Shown piece after piece: positions 19,201 through 28,324 of a stretch of 64,000 nt of DNA. How positions within the stretch are numbered: position 1 is the first letter of the stretch; each line of letters starts with the position of its first letter. Location of the stretch: assembly GCA_963749495.1 (NCBI GenBank), contig CAVVMW010000023.1, forward strand, positions 192,001 through 256,000. Direction: 5' to 3'. Under the pieces are notes generated by a model that saw only the letters and a program-made list of their open reading frames with translations, was not told where the DNA came from and did no database searches. Position numbers and translations under genes: made by a program. The stretch is from an uncultured bacterium (GTDB lineage: Bacteria; Verrucomicrobiota; Verrucomicrobiia; Limisphaerales; UBA8199).

Positions 19201-19331
19201 GAGGCGCCGCCTGGTGAGACAATCACCGGCTGGCCCGAGGATGAGGCGGCCGCGCCGGCCGGCAGGGTGGGATTCAGAAACCACTGGCACACCAGGGCGC
19301 CAGCCGCCAAGAAGATGAAGCGTCGGCTCAT
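16287..19331 (-). CDS. Secreted glycoside-hydrolase-like protein with malectin domain
   Basis: Signal peptide, GH20/GH67-like N-domain (GGDDAGTLYGAYRF), RGIQPFHDFPEGPDWW, malectin motifs LYQTVRY, FCEPHY, RAFDVKLQG. Confidence 0.75.
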   Translation of the reverse strand: MSRRFIFLAAGALVCQWFLNPTLPAGAAASSSGQPVIVSPGGASWMEQLAAREVRRYLYLRTGRVAAIVSEDDALRGKGEAILVARKGRAVLEGLGAEGPVAAAIQGLAPQGYYLKTLPRGLSRGAGAGRALLLVVGGDDAGTLYGAYRFAERLGARFYLHGDVVPDEQGSWQMPALDERAAPLFAVRGIQPFHDFPEGPDWWNRDDYLAILGQLAKLRMNFLGLHTYPEERPNAEPTVWIGLPGDIGQGGQVRFSYPSSYQNTLRGNWGYAPRKTGDYVFGSAGLFERDAFGPDVLGRWIPAPATVEASNEVFERTASMLREAFGFARRLGIKTCVGTETPLVVPKRVQERLKAQGRNPADAAVTQELYEGIFQRAGQAYPLDYYWFWTPEDWTWSNVSEEQVARTRGDLEAAIAAHKKVAPGFALATCGWVLGPQQDRAMFDKVLPKGVAVSCINREVGYTPVDAGFAEVNGRSKWAIPWLEDDPALTSPQLWAGRMRRDAADALRYGCDGLMGIHWRTRVLGPNIGALAQAAWEQSAWLDSYKPPLPPARSPHTPGAEGGAVAAFPNNPIADTTDAPLYQTVRYNLSAYHIPATNGLCKVTLKFCEPHYDAAGKRAFDVKLQGNTVITNLDIFGRVGKNRALDFTFEGVAVTNGWVDIQFVPRIEFPSIAALAVEGTGFATKINCGGPAYGDYAADMAAPAPQAVLPSTKDFYQDWALHQFGPGAGAGAAAIFERIDGRLPKPSVWIDGPGGIGPDGRAWEQARKDYAFVEEFAALRAQVKGAGNLERFDYWLNTFLYFRGIGELNCAWADYNRIIARVKQEKGAAEQQKLARQQALPARQKLVRLAGVVYEHLLATVSTPGELGTVANWNQHNLPGLLDKPGEELAKILGEPLPADAQPGREYRGPMRIIVPTLRTSLAANEALRLKVIVLSEAPPRQAALYWRKLGQRSFARLPLEHVERGVYTVELPPAANDDLEYYLQAEPTRGQGQPVRFPATAPRLNQTVVVTAR

Positions 19332-19404
19332 TGCGCCCCGACGCTACCAACCCGTGCGCAGCGGCTCAAGGCAGAAACATGGGGGGAAGCATCCGGACAC
19401 GGGC

Positions 19405-19545
19405 CCCGGAGTGCGCCCGTCCCCGGGCGCAGCAGCGACGGAGCGGGCAAGCGCGCTCGACTGTTTGACTGCTGCCCAGGCTCCGGACGTCGCTGCGCCC
19501 GGGGACGGGCGCACTCCGGCCCCCGACGGTGGGGGCGGTGTCGGG
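19405..19545. repeat. MITE/REP-doublet element, copy 2 (inverted relative to copy 1)
   Basis: ggagtgcgcccgtccccgggcgcagc / gctgcgcccggggacgggcgcactcc; spacer and flank homologous to 12735-12880. Confidence 0.85.
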
Positions 19546-19672
19546 CGGGGGCGCCCGAAAGATGGGTTGTTCCTATTTTTCCGCCATCTCATTTTTCTGC
19601 CAACTCCGGATTTCGGATTTGCAAAATTCTTGTGGCCAGATGCCGCTGCTTGTGCTAGACCCACTGGCACTT

Positions 19673-20959
19673 ATGAACAAACGCCTGCCGATGACCCGCC
19701 GGGACTTCCTCAAGACCTCGATCGCCACCGTCACCACGCTCACCCTGGTGCCCCGCCACGTGCTGGGTGGACCGGGCCAAACCCCGCCTAGCGAGGTCCT
19801 CACCAAGGCCGTCATCGGCGTCGGCGGCATGGGGCAGGGACATCTCCAATCCATTAACCCCACTTCAAAGCTCCTGGCGGTGTGCGATGTGGACGAAAAA
19901 CACATGCAGAACGGCCTCCGTATCGGCGGGCCGGATGTCAAGGGCTACCGGGACTTCCGCGAGGTCCTCGAGCGCAAGGACATTGACATCGTTCACATCC
20001 CGACGCCGCCGCACTGGCACGCGCTCATCTCGATCGCCGCCGCCAAGGCCGGCAAGGACATCTGGTGCGAAAAGCCCATGAGCCGCACCATCGGCGAGGG
20101 CGAGGCCGTCCGCGCCGCCGTGGCCCAGTACAACCGCATCTTCCGCCTCAACACCTGGTTCCGCTTCCAAGACAGCTTTTACGGCATGGGTGTGCGGGTC
20201 AAATTGATCAAAAAGGTCGTCCAGAGCGGGCTCCTGGGCTGGCCACTCAAGGTCACCATCGGCGGCACCACCGGCTTTGACTGGAAACAGGACCAATGGT
20301 GCGGCCGCACCGACCTGACCGAACAACCGGTCCCGCCGGAACTCGATTACAACTTCTGGCTCGGCCCCGCCCCCAAGAAACCCTACCACCCACACCGCGT
20401 CCACGCCACCTTCCGCGGCTACTGGGATTACGACGGCGGCGGCCTGGGCGACATGGGCCAGCACTACCTCGACCCCGTCCAGTACTTCCTCGGCAAAGAC
20501 AACGAGAGCCCCGTCCGCATCGAGGCCGACACCAACCCCCAGCATCCCGACGCCGTCCTGCCCTGGCGCCGCATCTCCCTCAAATACGCCGACGGCTGCG
20601 AACTCCTCCTCGACGGCGAAAACCGCGAAACCGGCGCCCGCTACCTCTCCGGGCCAAATGGCAAACTGGGCAAAAACCTCGAATCCGACATCCCCAACCT
20701 CGAAGACAAGATCAACGCCCTGCCCGACCCGGAACCCCAACTCACCGACTTCATCCAGGCCGTCAAGACCCGCAAGAAGTTCGCCCTCAACGAAATCAAC
20801 GGCCACCGCTCCTGCACCCTGGTCAACCTGGCCAAAATCGCCGTCCAGACCGGCCGCCCTCTCCGCTTCGACTCCACCACCCAGCGCTTCATCGACGACG
20901 ACAACGCCAATGCCTACATCCACCAGCCCATGCGCGCCCCCTGGAAGCTCCAGGTGTAG
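19673..20959 (+). CDS. Tat-exported Gfo/Idh/MocA oxidoreductase
   Basis: TRRDFLK, IGVGGMG, TPPHWH, CEKP, WLGPAP, DMGQH. Confidence 0.93.
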   Translation: MNKRLPMTRRDFLKTSIATVTTLTLVPRHVLGGPGQTPPSEVLTKAVIGVGGMGQGHLQSINPTSKLLAVCDVDEKHMQNGLRIGGPDVKGYRDFREVLERKDIDIVHIPTPPHWHALISIAAAKAGKDIWCEKPMSRTIGEGEAVRAAVAQYNRIFRLNTWFRFQDSFYGMGVRVKLIKKVVQSGLLGWPLKVTIGGTTGFDWKQDQWCGRTDLTEQPVPPELDYNFWLGPAPKKPYHPHRVHATFRGYWDYDGGGLGDMGQHYLDPVQYFLGKDNESPVRIEADTNPQHPDAVLPWRRISLKYADGCELLLDGENRETGARYLSGPNGKLGKNLESDIPNLEDKINALPDPEPQLTDFIQAVKTRKKFALNEINGHRSCTLVNLAKIAVQTGRPLRFDSTTQRFIDDDNANAYIHQPMRAPWKLQV

Positions 20960-21376
20960 CGAGTGCTCCCCTGCATTCCCGAAGCATCGCGCATCCCCAA
21001 TTGAGGCGCGCCCCGGTTTTTCCAGGGCGAAACTGCGTTTTGGTGGGGAATTCCTTGGATCTTGGCTGGTGCAGCTCTATGACTTGGCTCGAACTTTTTT
21101 CAAGGACAGCCTGCCGGTTTAGCTCCCTGGTGCCTTCTGAATTCTGCTCGAACCTTCTTCGATGAGAATCCCTCGTGAGCGGGTATCCCCACACCCTTCC
21201 CCACGGCGGGGAGGGGTGGAGGTCGTGGAATCACTCGGATTTGCCGTGGCGTCCCCGTGCTTCACCCCTGGGATTGCATCCCCGAGTTCGGTCGGTTTTG
21301 GCTCGCGCGGCGGCTGTCTTTTAGTGGATGCCCCGCTCGCCAAAACCTCCCTCATCACCTGTCGTTCACGCGACAA

Positions 21377-21470
21377 ACGGGTTTGACACGGGTTCACACA
21401 CGACGGGTTGGACGACGGGTAAAGGACACGATGTCCTTTAGAACACGGACGGGTTTGAACACGGTAAACC
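21377..21470. repeat. acggg(t) direct repeats flanking a perfect palindrome
   Basis: Five acgggt copies around taaaggaca-cga-tgtccttta (21420-21440). Confidence 0.75.
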
Positions 21471-22006
21471 TATTTGGAGCGTGAACCTCAGATCACCTGA
21501 TTGAGAATATCAGAGCCATGGGCACAGACTATTATATGTATCCCGACAAAAATACTCAACTTTACAGAGAATTCTCGAATTGGTGACGGGCCATCTTTGC
21601 CCCATGCAGCGGGCCGCTCACGCGGCAAAATTGTTTTCGGAGCACGAGTTAGCCCGACAGAGACTCGTGAGCTTTTTCGCCTTTCCGGTGTCTCTCCTCA
21701 CCCCCTCGACCCCCGCTCGTCGGGACCCGTCCAGGTTGAAAACTCCCGAGACTCTGTCGGGCTCCGGAAGTCGCGCGGGCGGTCGCTCCGACCAGGTGTG
21801 GATCGGAGCGACCACCCGCGCTCGACGGGTTCAAAACGACTGACGCCAGGGCGTCACGAGTATTCAACGCATTCGGCCACAGCCTTTAGTGGGGTGTTTC
21901 CCTGTGCAGGCCCCGACGGCGCTGGCTGGACGCGTTGCTTCTGCGCGCAACTTTGCGACAAAAGTATCCTGGAGTTACGGCTGTTTTTGTGGTACGCCTC
22001 CAAGGC

Positions 22007-22921
22007 GTGGCATCATTAAAAATCAATTTGAAAAACCTCAGTGAGCCCGTCACAAAGCTGATCAACGCGGTTTCTAAGGCGATCGGAACCGTTTATGAAC
22101 CAACACGAATAGTCAGGGAGGCCAAGGCTACAGCCGAGGCGAGCCTTATCCTGGCTCAGGGAGAAATCGAAAAACAGGAGCTACTCCTCCGAGCCGCTCA
22201 CCGCCTTGCGTTCGTTGAGACCCGCAGGCAACAGATCATTGAGGCCATAACGAACCAGGCCGTGGCAGCCCTCCCAAACGCGGTCAGCAAAGACCCGGTA
22301 TCGGAGGATTGGATGGTGCAGTTTTTCGACAACTGCAAGGATGTTGGAGAAACGGAACTGCAGGCGCTCTGGGCCAGAATCCTTGCGGGAGAGGTTACTC
22401 AGCCGCACTCCTTTTCCCGACGAACGCTGGGGACCCTTAAACTGATGCATCGTGACGAGGCCGTGTGGTTCACGGACCTCTGCTGTCTTGGCTTCAAAGG
22501 CGTGGACGCCGGTTCCTCCTTCTGCTTCGAGCAATCGGCGGGCAAGGCTCTTTACGCCAAGTACGGCCCCCTCGCCATTATGAGCCACCTCGTGACGATC
22601 GGGTTGCTGGCGCCTGAATGGCATACATTCCGGGTTTCCCAATTTAATGGTCTTGTCCTTGATTACTTGGGACAGCCCGTCACCTTCAGAGCGCCGCGTC
22701 CGCCGCCAAACAACCTGCTTGAGTATTTTGTTCAAATTAGACCCTTCAGCGGTGTCGGACTGGAATTGGCCAAAATCGTGTCCGCTCATCAAGCTCCAGG
22801 CTTTCTCGAGCAACTGGCAGCAGACCTAGCCCAGTTCAAAATCCAGATCGTTCCCGCGAGCAAAGAGTCTGGGCCGCCCTTGTCCCCAAACGGTCCCCCC
22901 GCCCCTTCTCAGTCCGTGTGA
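22007..22921 (+). CDS. DUF2806 domain protein
   Basis: RRQQIIEAI, VSEDWMVQFF, LQALWARILAGEV.QP.SFS.RTL; GTG start assumed. Confidence 0.8.
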   Translation: MASLKINLKNLSEPVTKLINAVSKAIGTVYEPTRIVREAKATAEASLILAQGEIEKQELLLRAAHRLAFVETRRQQIIEAITNQAVAALPNAVSKDPVSEDWMVQFFDNCKDVGETELQALWARILAGEVTQPHSFSRRTLGTLKLMHRDEAVWFTDLCCLGFKGVDAGSSFCFEQSAGKALYAKYGPLAIMSHLVTIGLLAPEWHTFRVSQFNGLVLDYLGQPVTFRAPRPPPNNLLEYFVQIRPFSGVGLELAKIVSAHQAPGFLEQLAADLAQFKIQIVPASKESGPPLSPNGPPAPSQSV

Positions 22922-22967
22922 CCAACCTGAAGGCGTCTGGCGAAGGAAAAATTGACCCCGAAACCGC

Positions 22968-23083
22968 CCCTCGCTCGTTCGCCGCCGCCCTCTCTCCATT
23001 GTACCGTCCGGTCAAGGTCGTTCCAGCCCGTCCCGGTCGAGGACGTTCCACCGCGCTCGCCCAACCTTGACTTCGGACGGTGC
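22968..23083 (+). promoter_or_regulatory. Frpo-like ssDNA promoter hairpin, copy 1
   Basis: Stem gtaccgtccg-gtcaagg ... ccttgac-tt-cggacggtgc with TTGAC in the 3' arm; homologous to 27403-27514. Confidence 0.55.
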
Positions 23084-23158
23084 GTCCGAGAGTGCGGAAC
23101 GGCGCACGAGCCGCCGCCGCACAAAGGTCGAACGATTATCAACCAACTTCAAACGAAC

Positions 23159-23415
23159 ATGACCAAAGTCTGCGTTCTCCCCGCCAGCCGGCCGAAGCCG
23201 ATGTTCCCTTTGGGCGGCCTCTACCTCACGACCGCAGCGGCGGCAGCACTCAAACCCGAGACGATTGCCGCCGCCATCGCCCGCCACTCGCAAGGCGCCT
23301 CGGGGGGATGCTTGCGAAGGTGATCGGGGCCTCAACGAAGGAGCGCTTCAGAACGGCAGCCCGTTCCTCTCGGTTTACAGGCACGGCGCCGCCCTCTGGG
23401 CAATCACATGCTCGG
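23159..23415 (+). pseudogene. Degenerate small plasmid/ICE leading-region protein (FPLG...RH..GDWG...N..AL family)
   Basis: MFPLGGLYLT..AAAAL...IARHSQG | GDACEGDRGLNEGALQNGSPFLSVY...LWAIT; frameshifted and lacks the usual C-terminus. Confidence 0.6.
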
Positions 23416-23488
23416 CAAACTTCCTGGCGCCAGCCCGCTCCGCAAAAATTGTTCGCCAAATTGCCCAGTTCCCGCTTAACTATCGCTC

Positions 23489-26400
23489 ATGGCCGAAAGC
23501 GACATTCGCGTCCACGAAGTCACATTCTGCAGCCGGGTCTCAAAATGGGCGAACTCCGTCTTCCAGAGCCACCCGGAAATGCCCTTCAAGCGCACCGATA
23601 TCGAAGAATCGAAGGGCATCAAAAGAAAGCGGTCTGACCTCCGCGTTTACGACGCCGGCAACAGGCTGGTCCTCGCCGGAGAAGTCAAACTGCCCGGCAC
23701 ACCGGAGGGCCGCAACGCCTACAACTCCGCCCTCGTGGAGGACTCCTACCAGAAGGCCTCAAATGCCGGCGCCGAATTCTTCTTCACCTGGAACGTCAAC
23801 AAGTTCGTTCTCTTCGATTCCAAGCAATGGCAGAAGCCCATTATGGAACGGCGCCTGAAGGACTACGACCTTGGACTTGACCTCGACAGCCCCGAGGACG
23901 TTTCGCGTCCCGAGGTCGAGAGAGCAGGTACAGGAATTCTTGGCCCGCTTCTTCGCTGAATTCGAGGGCATCCTGGCCGGCCACCAGCCTGATTGGGGCA
24001 TGGCCCCCGATGAATTCTTCATCCGCGCTTTCGAAAGCCACATATCGTGGCCGGTCAAACTCACCGCCGAATTTCTCTGGGCCAGTTCTGCCGGCTCCAA
24101 AGCCTTTGATAATCTTTTGCAGGAATGGATGGCCAACGACCAGGGGTGGGCGGTTATCCGAAACGACCCCAAGACGTGGCGCTCACTGGTTGACCGCGCT
24201 GCCCGCACCTTGTGCTACGTTTTCGCCAACCGCCTCCTTTTTTACGAATCTGTCCGCACCAAGTTCGACAAACTCAAAGAGCTTCGCGTCCCACAAGAGG
24301 CGACGCCTCCGGAGAACCTCTACCTCCATTTCCAAGAGCTCTTCCAACTCGCCGTCGATGCGACCGGCGACTACGAAACGCTCTTTTATCCCGCCGAAAA
24401 AGACTGGGCCGGCCCTCATATCTTTGGCCATGAACACGCCTTGGATGCTTGGCGCTCCGTCCTCGAAAACCTCCGCCCTTTCGACTTCAAAGAAATCCGC
24501 ACCGACATTCTGGGCAGCATCTTCAAGCGCCTAATCGAACCTGCGGAACGCCACAAGTTCGGGCAGCACTACACCAACGAGGACCTGGTAGATGTCGTCA
24601 ACGCCTTCTGCATCCGCCGGGCCGAAGACACCGTCCTGGACCCTGCCTGCGGGTCTGGCAGTTTCCTCGTTCGTGCGTACCACCGCAAGGCCTGGCTCGA
24701 TCGCGACAGACGCCTTGCCCACCCTGCCGTTTCCCATCAGGACCGCCTGGCGCAGCTTTACGGCGCCGACATTTCTCTTTTCGCCGCCCATCTGTCCACG
24801 CTCAATCTCGCCGCCCGCGAGATTAACGATGAAGAAAATTATCCCCGAATTGCCCGCCGCAATTTCTTCGAGGTCCGGGCGGGCAAACCATTCTGCGAAT
24901 TGCCCCAGGGCCTTCGGGGCGAAAGGGAACGTGCCTCCATTCTCCTGCCCAAGCCCAACGCCATTGTCGGCAACCCGCCCTACGTCCGCCAGGAACTCAT
25001 TCCGCGCCGCAACGACAAGCCAAAACCCAAGGCCATGCAGGCCAAGGAGGATCTGGTCGAGCTCTGCTCCGAACTCTGGCCCGGCTTGCAACTCAGCGGC
25101 CGCAGCGACCTCCACTGCTATTTCTGGCCAGCCGCGGCGTACCACCTTCCTGACGGCGGTTGGCTCGGTTTTCTTGTCTCCTCCAGTTGGCTCGATGTCG
25201 AGTACGGTTTTGCACTCCAGGAGTGGCTGCTGACCAACTTCAAAATTCACGCAGTTCTCGAGAGCAACGCCGAGCCGTGGTTCGAAGATGCCCGCGTCAA
25301 AACCTGCGCGGTCATTTTACAGCGGTGCGCACATCACGCCGACCGCCATGCGCAGCTTGTGAAGTTCGTTCGTTTGAATGTCCCCCTGGCCACCATTCTG
25401 GGCGAGCGCAAGGACGAAAACGCTCGTCAGAAAAGCGGCGGAGGAATTTCGAGACATCATTCTGCGCTGTAAAAGGAGCAAAGCGCGCGATCATTTCCGA
25501 ATCGTTGTCAAAAGGCAAAAGGACCTTTGGGAAGACGGCTTGCGCGCCGGACGGCTCTTCGAGTTGCAGAAGCAGCGCGACCGGGCAGAAGGAATTAAAA
25601 TTGCTGCCGTGCTAGAGAGCGACGAGGGCGATGACGAGCACGGCAGGGATTTCGACGGAAGCGGGAATGGCATGCTCCACGACGGCGGCGGGCTCCTGTA
25701 CGGCTCGAGATACGGCGGCGGCAAGTGGGGTAAATATCTCCGCGCCCCCTACCTCTATTTCCAAATCATGGACCGTTACGGCAGCCGCTTCGTGCCTCTG
25801 GGCGAGATTGCGACGATTCGCTTTGGCGTCAAGAGCGGTTGTGACGCCTTCTTCATGCCCGAGGACGTCTCGGCCCAAATCCTCGACCACTACTCCAAAT
25901 CGGAATGGAACAACGCCCCGTTGCACGAGCACTGCAAACGCGCACAGGTCGAGTCGGGCGCGTTGAGGCTGGTAAAGGCTGGTGACTCCACAATACACCC
26001 CATCGAAGCCGAATACCTAAAGCCGGAGCTCCACAGCATGATGGCCATTCACTCGCCTCTCGTCAAGCCGGGCAACGTGGACTCCCAAGTCCTGATGGTA
26101 AGTCAATCCGAAGCCCAACTCAAGGGCACTTACGTTCTCAGGTACTTGCATTACGGGGAGACAAACCCGGTCACAACAAACAACAAGACGGATGCTCTGA
26201 CCGTCTCGATGCGGGCCACGTGTGCCAGCCGCCAGCCGTGGTACGATCTTGCGTACACCAGGCCAGGCCAACTTATCTGGGCCAAGGGACAACAATACCG
26301 GCATGTCGTCGTTTTCAACAAATACCGCGTCACCGCCAATTGTCGCCTCTACAATATCACGCTGCTTGACGAACTTTCGGACCTTGCCGATGTCGTTGCG

Positions 26401-27348
26401 GCTATTGCAAATTCCACACTCGCGGCTTACTTCAAGACTTTTTACGGACGCTACACCGGAACCGAGGGCAGTTTCGAGATGATGGTCATCGACCTGAATT
26501 TGCTCGAAATTCCCGACCCCCGACACGTCGCCAAACCTGTCGCCAGGGAACTACGGGACGCCCTTGATCAGCTTTGCACTCGCGACACCCAGCCCATGGT
26601 TGAAGAGCAATTCATGGAATGCCGCTCCTCGGAGCGCATCAAAAAGCTGGCCCAGAACCCAGTTGAGTTGCCGCAAGAGTTGAAGATGCCCGATCGCCGC
26701 GCGCTTGACATCGCTGTCTTTGAATTGCTCGGCGTCACCGGTGTTGCGGAGCGGGAAAAGCTCTGCGATCAACTTTACTACGAAACCGCAAACCACTTCC
26801 GGCAAATCCGCATCGTCGAAGTGCAGAAGCAGGAGCAGCGCGCCAGAGCCGAGGGTCGCGAATTTCGCACGGATGAACTCGCCGCCGATTTGTGGGACGG
26901 GCTGCCCGAGGATAAGAAGCAACCCCTGGCCCAGTGGATCGCCAGCCACGTAACCGACGGGCTTGCAGTCAACATCCCTGAGGGCCGACCGAGTTTGCCA
27001 GACGCCAACGATTTCTTGGATGCGAGCACGGTCTTTTTTAGCCACTCGCACGCCGGCAAGGTGGTCTCACAGCGGCTCCCTTTGCCCAGTCGCGCCCACG
27101 CCGAAACCATCTATCTGCTGACCCAACGCGGCATCCGCGGCCCAGTCGTCCTGCCCAGAACCGAAGAGGCCGGTCGGGCCCTGCAACCCAGCATTACCCA
27201 ACGCCTCGCTGCCGTCTCTGCCACGTCAGCCGAACTCTCCCGCAGCCGCACCGCTGACGAGAGGAAAGCCCTCGAACTCGCCCGCCTCCTCGAGTTCTGG
27301 ATGGTCCACGGCAAGCCGAGCAGGGCCGCCAAGCAGAAACATTCTTAG
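23489..27348 (+). CDS. Type IIG-like fused restriction-modification enzyme (N6-adenine MTase + PD-(D/E)xK nuclease + TRD); frameshifts near 23925 and 25432
   Basis: N-terminal RSDL...GEVK, GQHYT, LDPACGSGSFL (motif I), IVGNPPYVRQE (motif IV); three consecutive ORFs form one protein. Confidence 0.85.
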
Positions 27349-27402
27349 CTCCCGCGCAGATAACGGCCCTGGATCATCCGCCAGCAGATGCCCCCGAACT
27401 GG

Positions 27403-27514
27403 CCCTCGCCCGTTCGCGCCGGCCCTCTCTCCATTTTCCGGTCCGGTCAAGGTCGTTCCACCCCGGCCCGGGCGAGGGCGATCCACTGCGCTCGCCCAAA
27501 CTTGACTTCAGACG
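27403..27514 (+). promoter_or_regulatory. Frpo-like hairpin, copy 2
   Basis: ccctctctccatt...gtccggtcaaggtcgttcca...gcgctcgcccaaacttgacttc shared with copy 1. Confidence 0.5.
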
Positions 27515-27608
27515 CTCGTGATCCGCAAGGGGCAAAGCCGCCGTCGCGGTTTCCCCGCACAAGCTCAATAGTCCAGAGTTTGATTACCAGCCATTATATC
27601 ACAATAAC

Positions 27609-27815
27609 ATGCCATTAGACAGCAAAGACCTCGAACGAATCGAGCGCATTATTCACAAGAACGGCGACGACATCGCCGTATGCTACGAGAGAGGACTGGA
27701 GCGCGTGGAAGAACGCATAGACGGAATGAAAACCCGCATCTATGGTCGCCTCGCGGAACTCGAGGACAAACTCGAATCGCGAAACGCGAACTACAGAGAA
27801 TCTCTGGACGAATAA
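27609..27815 (+). CDS. Small coiled-coil hypothetical protein
   Basis: 68 aa with heptad pattern LERVEERIDGMKTRIYGRLAELEDKLE; followed by a terminator. Confidence 0.65.
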   Translation: MPLDSKDLERIERIIHKNGDDIAVCYERGLERVEERIDGMKTRIYGRLAELEDKLESRNANYRESLDE

Positions 27816-27825
27816 TCGTTCGAGT

Positions 27826-27860
27826 CGGAAGAACCCCGCCCAAAAAGCGGGGTTTTTCCG
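27826..27860 (+). terminator. Intrinsic terminator
   Basis: aaccccgc-ccaaaaa-gcggggtt followed by a T run. Confidence 0.75.
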
Positions 27861-27988
27861 TGCCAGTCAGAGTGGCGACGAGGGGCGCTTCCCCGATCCC
27901 CCTACCCCCTGCCGGACGCCTCCCCCAGGGGGGATCATCAGAAGCCCCTTTGATTACCAGGAGCCCTCGAATTTCGAACCCACCCTCA

Positions 27989-28059
27989 TTGGCGCTTGGG
28001 CCGTTCTGGTGCTATAATGCCATTGCCTGAATCGAATCAGTAACACTTATTAGTGTTAC
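27989..28059 (+). promoter_or_regulatory. Sigma70 extended -10 promoter plus downstream operator palindrome
   Basis: ttggcg (27989) N18 TATAAT (28013-28018) preceded by TGn; perfect IR gtaacact-tatt-agtgttac at 28040-28059. Confidence 0.65.
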
Positions 28060-28135
28060 GAATCCTGCAGGGTGAAGGACATCAAGATGATTTACCTTGC
28101 GTAGCGACCCGAAGTCGTTACGATTCATCAACTTT

Positions 28136-28300
28136 ATGAGCACCGCGCTAATGCACATGATGACAGCGACAGACGAGCTCCAGCGGGAGCCGGGTGAAAT
28201 GTGCCCTCAGGAAATTCCAGCGCTCCCCGAAGCCCGTTTCGTCACCGTTGGGAAACTGGAAGAATTCCGCAAATCAGCGGCCCGCCTCCGCGCAGCGTGA
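28136..28300 (+). CDS. Short peptide (54 aa) preceding the PurD-like gene
   Basis: ATG ORF between the promoter and the PurD-like gene; translation unproven. Confidence 0.45.
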   Translation: MSTALMHMMTATDELQREPGEMCPQEIPALPEARFVTVGKLEEFRKSAARLRAA

Positions 28301-28324
28301 ACCCGAATTTCTTCCCGAATCACC

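Noticed and set aside
19746..19757. tggtgccccg match to the tRNA-Lys 3' end as the island att site
   Set aside because: Only 10 bp, and it lies in the conserved VPRHVLG coding motif of the Gfo/Idh/MocA gene.
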